Shown here: in pieces, positions 18,521 to 28,565 of the stretch
How the letters are laid out: each line of letters opens with the position of its first letter
How positions within the stretch are numbered: position 1 is the stretch's first letter
DNA from: a virus
Virus record (IMG/VR): IMGVR_UViG_3300049002_000006
Coordinates: 18,147 to 82,146 of that record
Length of the DNA: 64,000 nt
Strand: one strand, 5' to 3'
Translations under genes and position numbers: made by a program
The notes under the pieces: generated by a model
The model's input: only the letters and a program-made list of their open reading frames with translations
Databases searched by the model: none
What the model was told of the DNA's origin: nothing

Positions 18521-21356
18521 AGGAGTTTCGGAAGCCTTAGAACGGATGAGTCAGGTCGCGGCTCGGGCCGCCGCCGTTAACACGGAACTAGGAGCCGCCG
18601 CCCAATCGGCAATGGACCGAGTCAGGTCGTCAACCGTCGGGGCAATGGCAGCAGCGTCCGCCAGTATGAGTTCGACCGCCGGCCACGCCAAGATGCTCGA
18701 GGATGCTTTACGGCAACTCGGGGCGACTGCGGACGCCACGATGGCCAAGGTTCGGGTTGCCGCTCCAGGAATCCATTATCAGTCTACGTCTACCGGAACA
18801 GGCGGTGGGGTAGTCGGTGCTCCTGGTGTTCGGTTTCCTTCGATGCCTGCGTCCGGTGGTGGGGGCGTTGCCCCTCCGGGGCTTCGATTTCCGACGGTCA
18901 TGTCGGACCCTGGTCGAGGCCCGGCTATAGGGGCACCGGGCCTCAGGTGGCCGATTCAGGAACAGCAACGGATAGTCGGGGCTCCGGGACTTCGTTGGTC
19001 TAATCAAGAACAGCCGGCCGCTTCCGAACCTTGGCGATGGAATTGGGGGGCGGCGGCCGGCGGCGGGTTCTTCGGCCGGGCGATTGGCGGAATGCCCGGC
19101 GGGATTGGCGGGGCACTAGGTGGTGGTATCTTTGGCGTCCCGGGGGCCGTCGGTGGGGCGTTGGGTGGGGCCGGACTAGATTGGCTGGTCGTCAAGCCGT
19201 TATCCATAGCAGCGGATTTGGCTTCGACGGCACTCCATAAGCTGGCCGAAGGTGTTCATTTCCTGGTCGAGAAAGTCTTCACGCTCGGTATCGAATTCGA
19301 GAAGACTAGGACTGAATTCAGCATCATGGCCGGGTCCCCTGAGAAGGGGTTGAATCTTCTCGGCCGCATCCAAGAACTTGCCGTCAAGTCGCCATACACG
19401 ACCAGAGAGTTGGCCCCGACTGGTCGGATGCTCTTGAGCATGGGCGTCGATCCGGAGGATGTTCCGTCCGTCTTGAGTCGCATCGGTGACGTGGCCGGCG
19501 GAAGTCGAGACCGGCTTAACCGGCTGACGTTGGCCTACGGCCAAGTGGTTGCGGCCGGTCGGTTTCGGGCCACCGAGCTTCGCCAGTTCACGGAAGCCGG
19601 TGTCGGTGTTTCGGATTTCGCCAGGGCGGCCGGAGTTAGTCCTCGCCGCCTGCGGGAGATGATGGAAGGCGGCGAGGCCGGGGCCGACATCGTTGGTCGG
19701 ACGTTCAACCAAATCACCGGTCCGGGTGGCCGATTCTTCAACATGTCGGCCGGCGTTAACCGGACCGTCGGCGGGCAGTTGAACACTCTACAGGAGTCAC
19801 TGGAGATCGCCGGGCAGAAGGCCGGGGTGAGCGCCTTCGCCAGGTATGACGTGTCCGGTCGTATTGACCGGCTGACCGCGAGCATTGAGGATATTATCAA
19901 GGCGGCCGAGAAGGGCGGACCGGCCCTGGACGAAGTAGTCAAGATGCTCGATTCTGTTTATGAGGGCGTCCAGAAATCTATCGGTAGCTCTAATTTGACC
20001 TGGGAAAGTCTGACTAGCACTTTGGCAGACTTCGGTAAGAACGATCTTCCGGGGTTGATAACCGGAATCATTGAACTGTCCGGGGCGTTCATGGAACTGA
20101 CAGCCTTCTCCTTGAGGGCCGCGCGGGAGATCGCAGCCGTCGTCCTTGCCGTTCCGGATACTGTGTCCTGGGCGTATCACGGATTCAATTCCAACACGAC
20201 CGGAACATATCAGAAGTCCAGGGAAGCATTTGTCAATTCGACTACTGCACTAGCGGACGCCGCAAGCCGTGGCGGTGGTTTCCTGCTGGACAGAGGACAA
20301 GGCGTTGGAGATCGGGTCGCTACGGCTTACGCCCTCGGCGGGATGCGAGGGGCCGGGCTACCGGAACCGGAACCCGGCCAGATGGTCAACGGTCGTTGGC
20401 TACCACACAGCACTGTAACGCTGGCCGGCGGTCGTACAGTATCGGCACTGTCTCCGGAAGGTAGGGCGGCGTTGCTGTCCGCCGGCATTCCTATTACCTA
20501 TGGGTACTCTGCCGGCGGGCAACAGCAACTCACCAGGGCGTTACAACCTTTTGGTGTCGCGGGAGGACAAGTTCCTTTCTTGCAAAACTTCTTCGGGGCC
20601 TTCGGAGCAGTCCCTCGTCAAGGATTTGTTTCACCTAACATTCCGATAGCCCCTAACGCACCGAGATGGAGTGGAGAAGACCAGCAGCTGATTGACGCCA
20701 TGAAGAAGAAGTTCCTAGAACGTGATCCGGTAACGACGCTCCTGAATCAATTCTCTCTGGCCAGCAGGTTGCAGAATCCCTTAGTTGCAAGGAACTTTAA
20801 CCAACTTCTATTCGGCGAAGGATTTGTTCCGGGCATCAACCAGCAGCAAGGGAACTTCGCCAGGGAACAGGCGATGACGGAATTCAAAAAGGATATGGGA
20901 ATTCCTGTCAGTCCGTGGGAACAGTTCCAAAAATCAATGGATCAGATTAACACTGGGATAGGGGCAGATTTCACCAGTAGGTTTGCTCAAGGCTTCGGCG
21001 GCGGGATGGCCGGTACCGGCCTGACGACGGCGATGGCAGCGGCCCGCGCGGCGGCCGGGGCGCAAGGCGGGCCGCTACAGAACGCCCTCAGGATGGCTCG
21101 GGTCGGAGCCTTCGACAAGCTAACTCAGGTGCGGCCGTGGGACAGTTTACCTACGGCCATGCAACTCGGATCGAGTCAGGCCCAGGAGACGATCAATCGG
21201 AGCATGATGATGCAGCAAGTAGGGGGCGGTGTCCAGGATCGAATAGACGAAGCCCTCCAGGAGCATAAGGAAATGCAACAGAAACAATTGAAAAAACTGG
21301 AAGACATCGAGAAAGCAATCAAGGACAGACCAGGCGTCGAAGTGGTAGGAGGGTAA
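18357..21356 (+). CDS. Tape measure protein
   Basis: 999 aa Ala/Gly-rich; tape-measure core LA.KSPY...L, RIGDVAGG, LAYGQV.A.GR....ELRQF.EAG, GGRFFNM. Confidence 0.9.
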   Translation: MATFDKLIQELEAKTDKFEQGYAVAERSVKAFGAAVEKAMTRLAADEAKAEAATKGVSEALERMSQVAARAAAVNTELGAAAQSAMDRVRSSTVGAMAAASASMSSTAGHAKMLEDALRQLGATADATMAKVRVAAPGIHYQSTSTGTGGGVVGAPGVRFPSMPASGGGGVAPPGLRFPTVMSDPGRGPAIGAPGLRWPIQEQQRIVGAPGLRWSNQEQPAASEPWRWNWGAAAGGGFFGRAIGGMPGGIGGALGGGIFGVPGAVGGALGGAGLDWLVVKPLSIAADLASTALHKLAEGVHFLVEKVFTLGIEFEKTRTEFSIMAGSPEKGLNLLGRIQELAVKSPYTTRELAPTGRMLLSMGVDPEDVPSVLSRIGDVAGGSRDRLNRLTLAYGQVVAAGRFRATELRQFTEAGVGVSDFARAAGVSPRRLREMMEGGEAGADIVGRTFNQITGPGGRFFNMSAGVNRTVGGQLNTLQESLEIAGQKAGVSAFARYDVSGRIDRLTASIEDIIKAAEKGGPALDEVVKMLDSVYEGVQKSIGSSNLTWESLTSTLADFGKNDLPGLITGIIELSGAFMELTAFSLRAAREIAAVVLAVPDTVSWAYHGFNSNTTGTYQKSREAFVNSTTALADAASRGGGFLLDRGQGVGDRVATAYALGGMRGAGLPEPEPGQMVNGRWLPHSTVTLAGGRTVSALSPEGRAALLSAGIPITYGYSAGGQQQLTRALQPFGVAGGQVPFLQNFFGAFGAVPRQGFVSPNIPIAPNAPRWSGEDQQLIDAMKKKFLERDPVTTLLNQFSLASRLQNPLVARNFNQLLFGEGFVPGINQQQGNFAREQAMTEFKKDMGIPVSPWEQFQKSMDQINTGIGADFTSRFAQGFGGGMAGTGLTTAMAAARAAAGAQGGPLQNALRMARVGAFDKLTQVRPWDSLPTAMQLGSSQAQETINRSMMMQQVGGGVQDRIDEALQEHKEMQQKQLKKLEDIEKAIKDRPGVEVVGG

Positions 21357-21379
21357 CGTGATTTTCGACAGGAGGGAGT

Positions 21380-22405
21380 ATGCCCGCGTATCCGGATAGT
21401 CCTGTTTGGGCATTTGCCGACGAGTTGGATGTCGGCAAAAAAGGCACTCCATTCTCGGCCGGCACGGATCAAGTTCGAGAACACTTCAGGAAGTTTCGTG
21501 TCATCCTGCGAGACAAGCGAGGGGGGGACGTGGCCGCGTGTTCGGCCCCGATCATCCCAAAACCGTATGCGTTCTATATGTCACAGGATGGGTATGAGTT
21601 TGACGAACTGGCTTTGTGCGTCAAGATCAGTGCCGAACAGGAACACCAGGACGATTGGAAGTCGTGGATCGTTTCGTGTGACTATTCGACGGACATCCCA
21701 AAGAACGGAATTCCGAATAACTTCGGGTCTGTCGGAAACGGGCAAGGGAGGCAACAGAATCCGGAACTAGAACCACCGACCCTCCGATGGGACTTCACAG
21801 ACATCCAGAAGAACCGGCCAGGAGACTTGAATCAGGACCCGTTCCTTATGTCAAACGGCCGTCCTATAACTGCCCCGCAGAACGTCGCCCGTGCCAGGTT
21901 GACTTATACCAGGAACGAACGGGCGTTCAGCCGGGTAGTGGCGACCAAGTATGCCAATTCGACCAACTCTCTCCCGTTCGCCGGGGTTGGGAAGTACATG
22001 GTGTCGATGCCCGGTCCGGTTGCCGAAATGCGGCAGATGGGAAAGATCAATTACTTCCGAGTTACTTACGTTTTCATATTTCATGAAAACTGCGACGAGA
22101 AAAGACAAATCCCAATTTCTAGCGGCGGGATCAGGGCTGTTGCGGCCGTAGACATGCGTATCGAGGACTGGCAAGGATACTATCTAGATCAGGACACGAT
22201 GTTCTGGGACCCAGTCGCTTTGAAACTACGGAAAATCCTGTCTGGGATGCCAAACAACCGGGACGGAGATCCTGTGAGTTCTCCGGTCTGCCTAGACGGG
22301 AATGGGCGTGTTCTTGATTTAGCTCTGTCCCCTCCGGTCTACCGATTTTTCTTAGAAAAGAAGAGGGTAGACTACAACCAACTCTTACTAAACGGGATCG
22401 GATAA
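21380..22405 (+). CDS. Tail tip (distal tail-like) protein
   Basis: Follows tape measure; W.V..DYST, L.YTRNE, PV.LDGNG motifs. Confidence 0.55.
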   Translation: MPAYPDSPVWAFADELDVGKKGTPFSAGTDQVREHFRKFRVILRDKRGGDVAACSAPIIPKPYAFYMSQDGYEFDELALCVKISAEQEHQDDWKSWIVSCDYSTDIPKNGIPNNFGSVGNGQGRQQNPELEPPTLRWDFTDIQKNRPGDLNQDPFLMSNGRPITAPQNVARARLTYTRNERAFSRVVATKYANSTNSLPFAGVGKYMVSMPGPVAEMRQMGKINYFRVTYVFIFHENCDEKRQIPISSGGIRAVAAVDMRIEDWQGYYLDQDTMFWDPVALKLRKILSGMPNNRDGDPVSSPVCLDGNGRVLDLALSPPVYRFFLEKKRVDYNQLLLNGIG

Positions 22406-22408
22406 CTC

Positions 22409-22909
22409 ATGGCTTCCGTTATCGAAGGGGATCTGATCGTAACTGGGAGTATCGTCCCTGCGGGTATGAACATCCCGGTAGATAGCGTCGGGGCGGCGCA
22501 AATGAACCCGGCCGACCTGCCTACTGTGGATCAGATTCACCATCTGCTGCCCGGCGTGTTTGCCGACACCTTTGCGACCACAACGGCCGCCGTCCGAAAG
22601 CTGATCTATTGTGCGAAGAACGCTGGGGTGGTTAAGGGATTCAAGGTCGGCGTTACGGTGGCGGCTGTTGGGGATTCGACTATTACTCTCGATCTATTCA
22701 AGAACGGCACGACTGTCCTGAGCGCGGCAAAGACGGTCAATGCCGGGCACGGCACGACGGCCCAGGACGCCTCACTGTCAGGAACGCCGGCCACGCTGAT
22801 CTATGCGGCCGGCGACAGGTTCGAGGCGAGCGTGACGATCAGCGCCGGGACAGGGACGCTGCCGAAGGGGGCTTACGGGGTCGCTTTCTTCGATGAGGTG
22901 TTCATCTAA
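22409..22909 (+). CDS. Tail-associated structural protein
   Basis: ITLDLFKNGTTVLS and AAGDRF motifs common in phage tail beta-sandwich proteins. Confidence 0.55.
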   Translation: MASVIEGDLIVTGSIVPAGMNIPVDSVGAAQMNPADLPTVDQIHHLLPGVFADTFATTTAAVRKLIYCAKNAGVVKGFKVGVTVAAVGDSTITLDLFKNGTTVLSAAKTVNAGHGTTAQDASLSGTPATLIYAAGDRFEASVTISAGTGTLPKGAYGVAFFDEVFI

Positions 22910-23706
22910 TGTTCGGCGACCCGGTGATGTTTAGTCCGACTATCGCCGCCCGCATTATGCGGATGCTCGCGTGGGCGGAGCGGCAAGCGGCCAAGCCGGA
23001 CTTACCTGAGTTAGAGAACCCGCCGTTCGAGGTAATGGTCAAGGTTACGAACGGGACGCCGGACGACGACGGGTTGTACGAGGCGACCTACGTCCTTCTA
23101 AATCCGATCACGATGGTCCTGGAAGAACTGGACGAATGCCTAGCTTATGGAATAAATGCCGAAACACTGACCGTAGATACGGTGTACAAAGGGTACACCG
23201 TTAGGTACATGGAAGAGGACGATCTAGACTTCCCGAGTTGGGCTGTGGTTGAACTTATCGTGCCTGGTGGCGACAGCGGTGGGTCGGTCACGATCACCCA
23301 AGTCTCAGACTTGTTGTCGGGCAACGTCCGGGGCACGTCGGTAAACCTCACTGCGTTGTCTATCGGGCCACCCGGGATGTACCTCGTCACGGCCCACGTC
23401 GTATCGCAACTATTTGACCTGACGGCGGAAACTTACTCGTCTAACATGACCGGCACGTTTTCTGTGACCGGTGGGACCGGGACGATTGTAAACCAAGCGA
23501 CTAGTGGCCTACTCATCGCCGCGAGCGGATTCGGCGGCTCGGGCGGGGCTGCATTCACGTTCTGGGAAATGGCTTCTCTGTCGGCCCAGGTAGAGATCAC
23601 GGCCGGGACTGGCCAGGTCACGCTCCAGGTCACCGAAGCCGGAACCGGGGCCGCCAGAGTAGTGTCTTGCACGGCAACGATCAACGCTATTGGCACTTTG
23701 TATTAG
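22909..23706 (+). CDS. Tail tip/fibre-associated protein
   Basis: Coupled ORF; C-terminal GMYLVTA beta-sandwich. Confidence 0.5.
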   Translation: MFGDPVMFSPTIAARIMRMLAWAERQAAKPDLPELENPPFEVMVKVTNGTPDDDGLYEATYVLLNPITMVLEELDECLAYGINAETLTVDTVYKGYTVRYMEEDDLDFPSWAVVELIVPGGDSGGSVTITQVSDLLSGNVRGTSVNLTALSIGPPGMYLVTAHVVSQLFDLTAETYSSNMTGTFSVTGGTGTIVNQATSGLLIAASGFGGSGGAAFTFWEMASLSAQVEITAGTGQVTLQVTEAGTGAARVVSCTATINAIGTLY

Positions 23707-24062
23707 CGGACCGTGAAGTCGTACCAGTGAGAGGATTTTGCCCCCACCGTTCCATACCACCCCTGTCCCTTAACGAAGAGTCCGGTGGGGGAGGTACTCC
23801 CCCACCCGGCCCCGATCCCTTCCTCGGCTCCGGACGTAGAGACCCGGACCTCGACTACGCCGGGCTTCAGGAATGTCATCACCACGGTGTAGGTGCCCCC
23901 GAACTGCATCACGCCTACGAAGCCGAGTGGTGTCGGGGCGAGCGGAGTTGATCCGCCTCGGGCATAGAACGTGGGTACTCCTTGGGCCGAAGCGAGAGTG
24001 GGCAGGAGTAAAGCGACGGCAAGTGTAAGGAGTTTAATCGCGTGCATGGCTCGACCTTTCAT
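23703..24062 (-). CDS. Small secreted protein, moron-like
   Basis: Signal peptide LLTLAVALLLPTLASAQ; antisense to the structural operon. Confidence 0.5.
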   Translation of the reverse strand: MKGRAMHAIKLLTLAVALLLPTLASAQGVPTFYARGGSTPLAPTPLGFVGVMQFGGTYTVVMTFLKPGVVEVRVSTSGAEEGIGAGWGSTSPTGLFVKGQGWYGTVGAKSSHWYDFTVR

Positions 24063-24151
24063 GAAGTCTCGGGCGATGAATTCAGCTTACGCCCCCGGGC
24101 CGCCAGGAGACAAGAGGGAATTTTTTCGCCCGCTTTTAAGAGGAATTCGCA

Positions 24152-24454
24152 ATGGCCGACGACAACGAAACCCCAAAGTGGGGTGTGAATTGGTTGCTAA
24201 GCCCGACCGGCATGTCTCAGGTCGGGCAACTCATCATCTTGTTGATCGCGCTGGTGAAGGCTTTCCAGAACGGCGAGAAGGCCGACAAGGCGAAGGACGC
24301 GGCTGACGACGCCCGGGGCCACGCCGCCGTAACCGCAACCAGGATCGAAGACGTGAAGAAAGACGTGCAAGAAGTTCGTGTGGACGTGGAGCAGGTGAAT
24401 AAGAACCAGCAGAAAGTTCTTATGAACCAGTTGAAGCCGAAGAAGGGCGATTAA
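24152..24454 (+). CDS. Holin-like TM plus coiled-coil protein
   Basis: TM VGQLIILLIALVKAF; last gene of the + arm. Confidence 0.45.
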   Translation: MADDNETPKWGVNWLLSPTGMSQVGQLIILLIALVKAFQNGEKADKAKDAADDARGHAAVTATRIEDVKKDVQEVRVDVEQVNKNQQKVLMNQLKPKKGD

Positions 24455-25176
24455 ACCTTAATCACGTTTCCGACGTGCAGCCAATCGTCATCAGAGACCA
24501 CGATCAACTGCACGTCCATTTCTTCTGCTAGTTGTACCAGGAGCCCGGCAACTCTTTCCTGGTATTCGGACCCATTTACGTTCTTGAACGGTTCGTCCAA
24601 AATTAGCAGTCTCCTCTTCTTCGGACGGAGCATCATCAGGCAGGCGAGCCGCAACCCGAAAGCGGCGACCTCGATCTGCCCGCCGGCTTTCTCCTCCGTC
24701 AAATCCGTGTACTCCTCCCCGTCCGCCGTGAACACGAATACGGCTTCCGTCTTCCCTCGCTTCTGTTCGAACCGAATCTTAAAGCCGTAGGCGTCTTCCC
24801 CGAAGACCGCTTTCAGGCATTTCGTCACGACGGCGACCAGTTGCTTGTGGACTACTTCTTGTGTCGCCACGGCAATTGACTGGAGGAGCTTCTGCGCCGA
24901 GATGCTGTTCCTGTGTTTGGCCGTCGCCACCTTGACGGCGATATTCTCCTTCGACCTTTCGTGTGCGGCCAGCAGGTAATCATGCTTGACACTAGTCGCG
25001 TACCGGATCAGCTGGCGTAGCTCTCCAGTATCTTTAACAACTCCTGATCGGGCTCCTCTTTGGCCTTTTCCTTTTCTAGTAGTTCCTGCCACATTTGGTT
25101 GTACTTTCGGAGCCATGCTATCTCCTCGTCTTGCTGCTTCCGGAGCAGGCTTTCGGCCTCCCGGAGTTCTTTGCAC
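24451..25176 (-). CDS. Rad50/SbcC-like ATPase, C-terminal half (start uncertain)
   Basis: Signature-like AGGQ.EVAAFGLRLA; Walker B LLILDEPF; QLIVVS. Confidence 0.75.
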   Translation of the reverse strand: MQRTPGGRKPAPEAARRGDSMAPKVQPNVAGTTRKGKGQRGARSGVVKDTGELRQLIRYATSVKHDYLLAAHERSKENIAVKVATAKHRNSISAQKLLQSIAVATQEVVHKQLVAVVTKCLKAVFGEDAYGFKIRFEQKRGKTEAVFVFTADGEEYTDLTEEKAGGQIEVAAFGLRLACLMMLRPKKRRLLILDEPFKNVNGSEYQERVAGLLVQLAEEMDVQLIVVSDDDWLHVGNVIKV

Positions 25177-25295
25177 CCGAAGCTTGTCCGGATGCGATTC
25201 ATTCGTTCCTTGTAAACCCCGTCGGCTTCCGCCTTTTCTCTTTTCCTCTTTTCGACGTGTCGTTCGAGTTCAGGTAGCCGGTCGAGCATAATCAT
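25008..25295 (-). CDS. Small coiled-coil protein in the recombination nuclease cluster
   Basis: Helical, charged; FGCKEL.EAE.LL. Confidence 0.55.
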   Translation of the reverse strand: MIMLDRLPELERHVEKRKREKAEADGVYKERMNRIRTSFGCKELREAESLLRKQQDEEIAWLRKYNQMWQELLEKEKAKEEPDQELLKILESYAS

Positions 25296-25504
25296 TCCAA
25301 CCCTTCCTGAATTCCTTGGAAGTGGAAGATGTGTTCTTTTCCTACTTCTCGGCTCGCCGAGTATTTCCAGTATTGAATTGGTTTTCCTGTTGGCTGGTCG
25401 TCGCACGGCCGCATGAAGTCGTAAGTCCTTTTCGGAAAATGGAATTGTTGGCCGTCGAACGGGCCACCGACTATGTCAGTCAGCATGTCTTCCGGTTCGG
25501 TCAT
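25292..25504 (-). CDS. Hypothetical protein
   Basis: GGPFDGQ motif typical of small phage proteins. Confidence 0.55.
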   Translation of the reverse strand: MTEPEDMLTDIVGGPFDGQQFHFPKRTYDFMRPCDDQPTGKPIQYWKYSASREVGKEHIFHFQGIQEGLE

Positions 25505-26502
25505 TTCTTTCCCTCCACGGTCGATAGAAGCTCTAAAATAAGTTTCCTGAGTGTCTTACTTTCCAGTCCTTCTACCTTTCTTTTTACCGCGTCGAAGAAG
25601 TTGGCAGTTTCGTCCTGAAGACCTGATAAGGCTTGGATGAATTCGATGGAGTCTTCTGACTCTTCCACTTCTTTCGATACCGTCTCGCTGAACACGTCTC
25701 TTGATATGTCCAGATAATGCCGCTCGACGGAGCCGTCTGACATGACCAGTCCTACACTTGGCCGCAAGTCCTTCTCGTCCGATCGCCGCCGCATGAACCC
25801 GCCGCCGTTGAAGGCGTATTGGTATTTATCGTCTCTCAGGTGCTTGACCGTCTCGAATGGCTTGTGGTTATCTCCGATCAGGATAGTGTCATAGCCGGTC
25901 AGCTTGTCCATCAGAACCGTGACATGATCTTCTTCCTTAGCCCCCGGGTGTTTGTGACCGCCCATCCATGTGTATTTATGGACGACAGCAACGTCCAATG
26001 CTCCTTGTGATTTGTCACTCGATTTTGACCAGACAGTGCCTCCTTCGTCTAGTCCGTGTAATTCTGCTCCATATGGAAAAGCGTGCAATCGAACATGACG
26101 TCCATCTGATAGGAATACCCATCCTGGCGGTCCGTCCTCTTGCAAATGTTCAATCGCGTCAGAGTTGCGAAGCGTCCAGTAAGCCGTTTGGTTAATATTC
26201 GCCAGGTTATGATAAGCCAGGTCGTGGTTACCTGGGATGGTCCGCATGGACCGCGGAATGGTTTCTAAGACCAGGTTGATTAGTCGGGCAGTGCTGTTCC
26301 ACTTGTCGAAGATGTCACCCGTGCAGACGATGTCTGCTTTGTGTTTGTGCCGGAGGGCTGCTAGTTGTCCTAGGTAGCCGACCTGAGTGGCGAGCCAGTC
26401 CTTCTCCTCCGCCCGACACGCCGGGGCCTTCTCACTCAGGTGAAGGTCGCCGCAGGAAATGAGGACGACCTTCTTTTCATTGGCTGACCACACTTTGGAC
26501 AT
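25501..26502 (-). CDS. Mre11/SbcD-like metallophosphoesterase nuclease
   Basis: GDLH, GDIFD, PGNHD, GDNH motifs. Confidence 0.9.
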   Translation of the reverse strand: MSKVWSANEKKVVLISCGDLHLSEKAPACRAEEKDWLATQVGYLGQLAALRHKHKADIVCTGDIFDKWNSTARLINLVLETIPRSMRTIPGNHDLAYHNLANINQTAYWTLRNSDAIEHLQEDGPPGWVFLSDGRHVRLHAFPYGAELHGLDEGGTVWSKSSDKSQGALDVAVVHKYTWMGGHKHPGAKEEDHVTVLMDKLTGYDTILIGDNHKPFETVKHLRDDKYQYAFNGGGFMRRRSDEKDLRPSVGLVMSDGSVERHYLDISRDVFSETVSKEVEESEDSIEFIQALSGLQDETANFFDAVKRKVEGLESKTLRKLILELLSTVEGKK

Positions 26503-27491
26503 GTCTTTATCTTCCTTTTTTCCTTACTGAGTTTCTCTTCCGCCCCTTGCACTTCTTTACCTAGCCTATTTGACCTGTTCAAGGCTTCCTTAGCTTCTTC
26601 GACCAACGATTCTAGCTCCCGTCGGTGCTCCGCTATTCTGTCTGCCTCGGCCCGGCACAACAACAGTTCGGACAGGTTAGGGACTTCCTGCTTCGCCAGC
26701 TTCTTGGCGGTCTTTGCTTCCTGGATGAGTTTTTTGAGCGCTCGGGCTGTCGTTCGGGCCGCAAACGCCCCTCGCCCTGCCACGACGACGCCAGAAGCGT
26801 CTACAATTGCTTTTCCTGCACGTTCTATCGCCCGGCGTGCCGATTTGCAGTCTGAGATTAAAGAGGCCAAGGAAACGATTTTATGCGATTTGCGGGCAAG
26901 GGCTTCGCCGGCCTTTTCGAGCCGGGCAACGTCCTTCAAGAATTCGGGCACCCACGCTAGTGTTTCCAGCTGTTTCTCGGCGGCTTTCAACCGGGCCCGA
27001 CTTACTTCTTTCTCCGTTCCGGACTTACGGACTAGCTTACCAGCTTCTTTCAGCACCTGGTCGATAGCGTCGAGGTTAACTACCTGGTTGAGTTCTTTGC
27101 TGACTTGACCTGGAGTTTTTGTGAAGAGATAAGGTGGGTCGAGTTGGCCCTGAAAATTGGGGTCACAGGTGTTCAGAAGTTCTTGAACCTCGGCGGGAAT
27201 TCCGCCTTTGCCGAGAGCGTTGAGAGACTTACCGTCGAGGATGTAAGCATTCTTTCTTTTGCCACGAACACGTCGTAAGGTACGCCCATCGACTCTTGCA
27301 GATATTCGGTAAGACTTTGCCCCTCTTTTAATAACAGAAGCTGTGGCCCGGTTGAGACAGAGGGTTTTGATAGCCCGGAGAACGGAAGACTTTCCACGAC
27401 CAGTACTCCCGATGAAGACGGTGATCTTACCTAATTTGAAAGACTTGTATTTGTGTTTTTGGAAGTTCTCAATGATAAGACGGTCGATCAT
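26436..27491 (-). CDS. Rad50/SbcC-like ATPase, N-terminal half with Zn hook
   Basis: IENFQKH; Walker A GSTGRGKSS; Q-loop NFQGQLD; coiled coil; CPKCG. Confidence 0.85.
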   Translation of the reverse strand: MIDRLIIENFQKHKYKSFKLGKITVFIGSTGRGKSSVLRAIKTLCLNRATASVIKRGAKSYRISARVDGRTLRRVRGKRKNAYILDGKSLNALGKGGIPAEVQELLNTCDPNFQGQLDPPYLFTKTPGQVSKELNQVVNLDAIDQVLKEAGKLVRKSGTEKEVSRARLKAAEKQLETLAWVPEFLKDVARLEKAGEALARKSHKIVSLASLISDCKSARRAIERAGKAIVDASGVVVAGRGAFAARTTARALKKLIQEAKTAKKLAKQEVPNLSELLLCRAEADRIAEHRRELESLVEEAKEALNRSNRLGKEVQGAEEKLSKEKRKIKTCPKCGQPMKRRSSSFPAATFT

Positions 27492-27673
27492 TTGACTTTT
27501 TGGTAAGGACAATCGTGAGTCTCGATTTCGATCCACTTCAAAAGACCTTGTGAGCATTCGTACATCGGGGCCTTGCCGCAGTCAGGACATCTTCCAATGA
27601 ATTGTTTCTTCTTCGCCTTGTCCGGACGTATCACTTCTCCGGTCGTTGATTTCGGCGGTTCCGGATGTGTCAT
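27488..27673 (-). CDS. Small Zn-binding protein
   Basis: CPDCG...HDCP. Confidence 0.45.
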   Translation of the reverse strand: MTHPEPPKSTTGEVIRPDKAKKKQFIGRCPDCGKAPMYECSQGLLKWIEIETHDCPYQKVK

Positions 27674-27945
27674 TTCGTCTCCGGTTGCGGTGTTCCTTCT
27701 TGAGATTTTCCGAGTAGTCGCAGGATGGCATTTCCGCAAGCGATCATATCCTCAGCATGGTGCTTGAGCGTTTGTCGGTTCGGTTCGTCCATTACGGTTT
27801 GGGCAGACGTGGTACAGGCTGCGGCCGATTCCCCGATTCTGATTCGGTCTTTGGCGGCTCGGCCCAACGACATCATTTCTGACAGGATGCGATCCGTCCG
27901 TCCAATCGTCAGATCGAAATTTCGTTGAAGTTCATCCATCATCAT
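27670..27945 (-). CDS. Hypothetical protein
   Basis: Coupled ORF in operon. Confidence 0.5.
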   Translation of the reverse strand: MMMDELQRNFDLTIGRTDRILSEMMSLGRAAKDRIRIGESAAACTTSAQTVMDEPNRQTLKHHAEDMIACGNAILRLLGKSQEGTPQPETK

Positions 27946-28556
27946 AGTCCGTGTTGGGCGAGCGTGCGAATGTGGTCCGGCGTGACGTTGGCCAAAAACT
28001 TCCTGAGAGTCGTTCCGACAATTAACTCCCGAACCTTCACCGTCTTGTTGTTTTGCTTCTCCCGGAAGATCGTATCAACGGTGAAGAACGGGGCCGGCGG
28101 GTGCTGAAACGCCCCGACGTTGACGAGCCCGAGCATGAGCAGGTGCGGGTAGAACACGATAGGAACTCGTCCGTTGGCCTGGTAGATCAGCATCCAGGAA
28201 TGTGATCCGGAGTTCTTGTGGCCTTCCCGGGCTTGTTGCAGGAACGCCTCGACCACGGTCTGTCCTTGCCGCTTCGTCTTGTTGACCAAATCGTTCAACT
28301 TGAAGTTCGGGTAGCCCCGCTTGGCTTCGATGGACAGCAAGTCGATTAGAGGTTGGGCGTCCGGCCGAATGGCACAAATGTCGCCGCAGTGGAGGTTGGC
28401 CTTCTGCATCCTCTTTCGCCGCATTGTGGACCTGGCTCCGCTCGCCGACGTCCTCCAGAAGATTGGTTCCTCGTGTCGATCTCCTGTCCACCAGAATGTG
28501 AAAACTCGACAGAGCGATCTCTCGAAGGTACTCCCTTTTGCGTGACCTCGCGGCAT
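27942..28556 (-). CDS. Holliday junction resolvase (PD-(D/E)xK, Hjc-like)
   Basis: KGSTFER, FWRT..SG, GDI, IEAKRGY. Confidence 0.8.
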   Translation of the reverse strand: MPRGHAKGSTFERSLCRVFTFWWTGDRHEEPIFWRTSASGARSTMRRKRMQKANLHCGDICAIRPDAQPLIDLLSIEAKRGYPNFKLNDLVNKTKRQGQTVVEAFLQQAREGHKNSGSHSWMLIYQANGRVPIVFYPHLLMLGLVNVGAFQHPPAPFFTVDTIFREKQNNKTVKVRELIVGTTLRKFLANVTPDHIRTLAQHGL

Positions 28557-28565
28557 TTTATTCTT

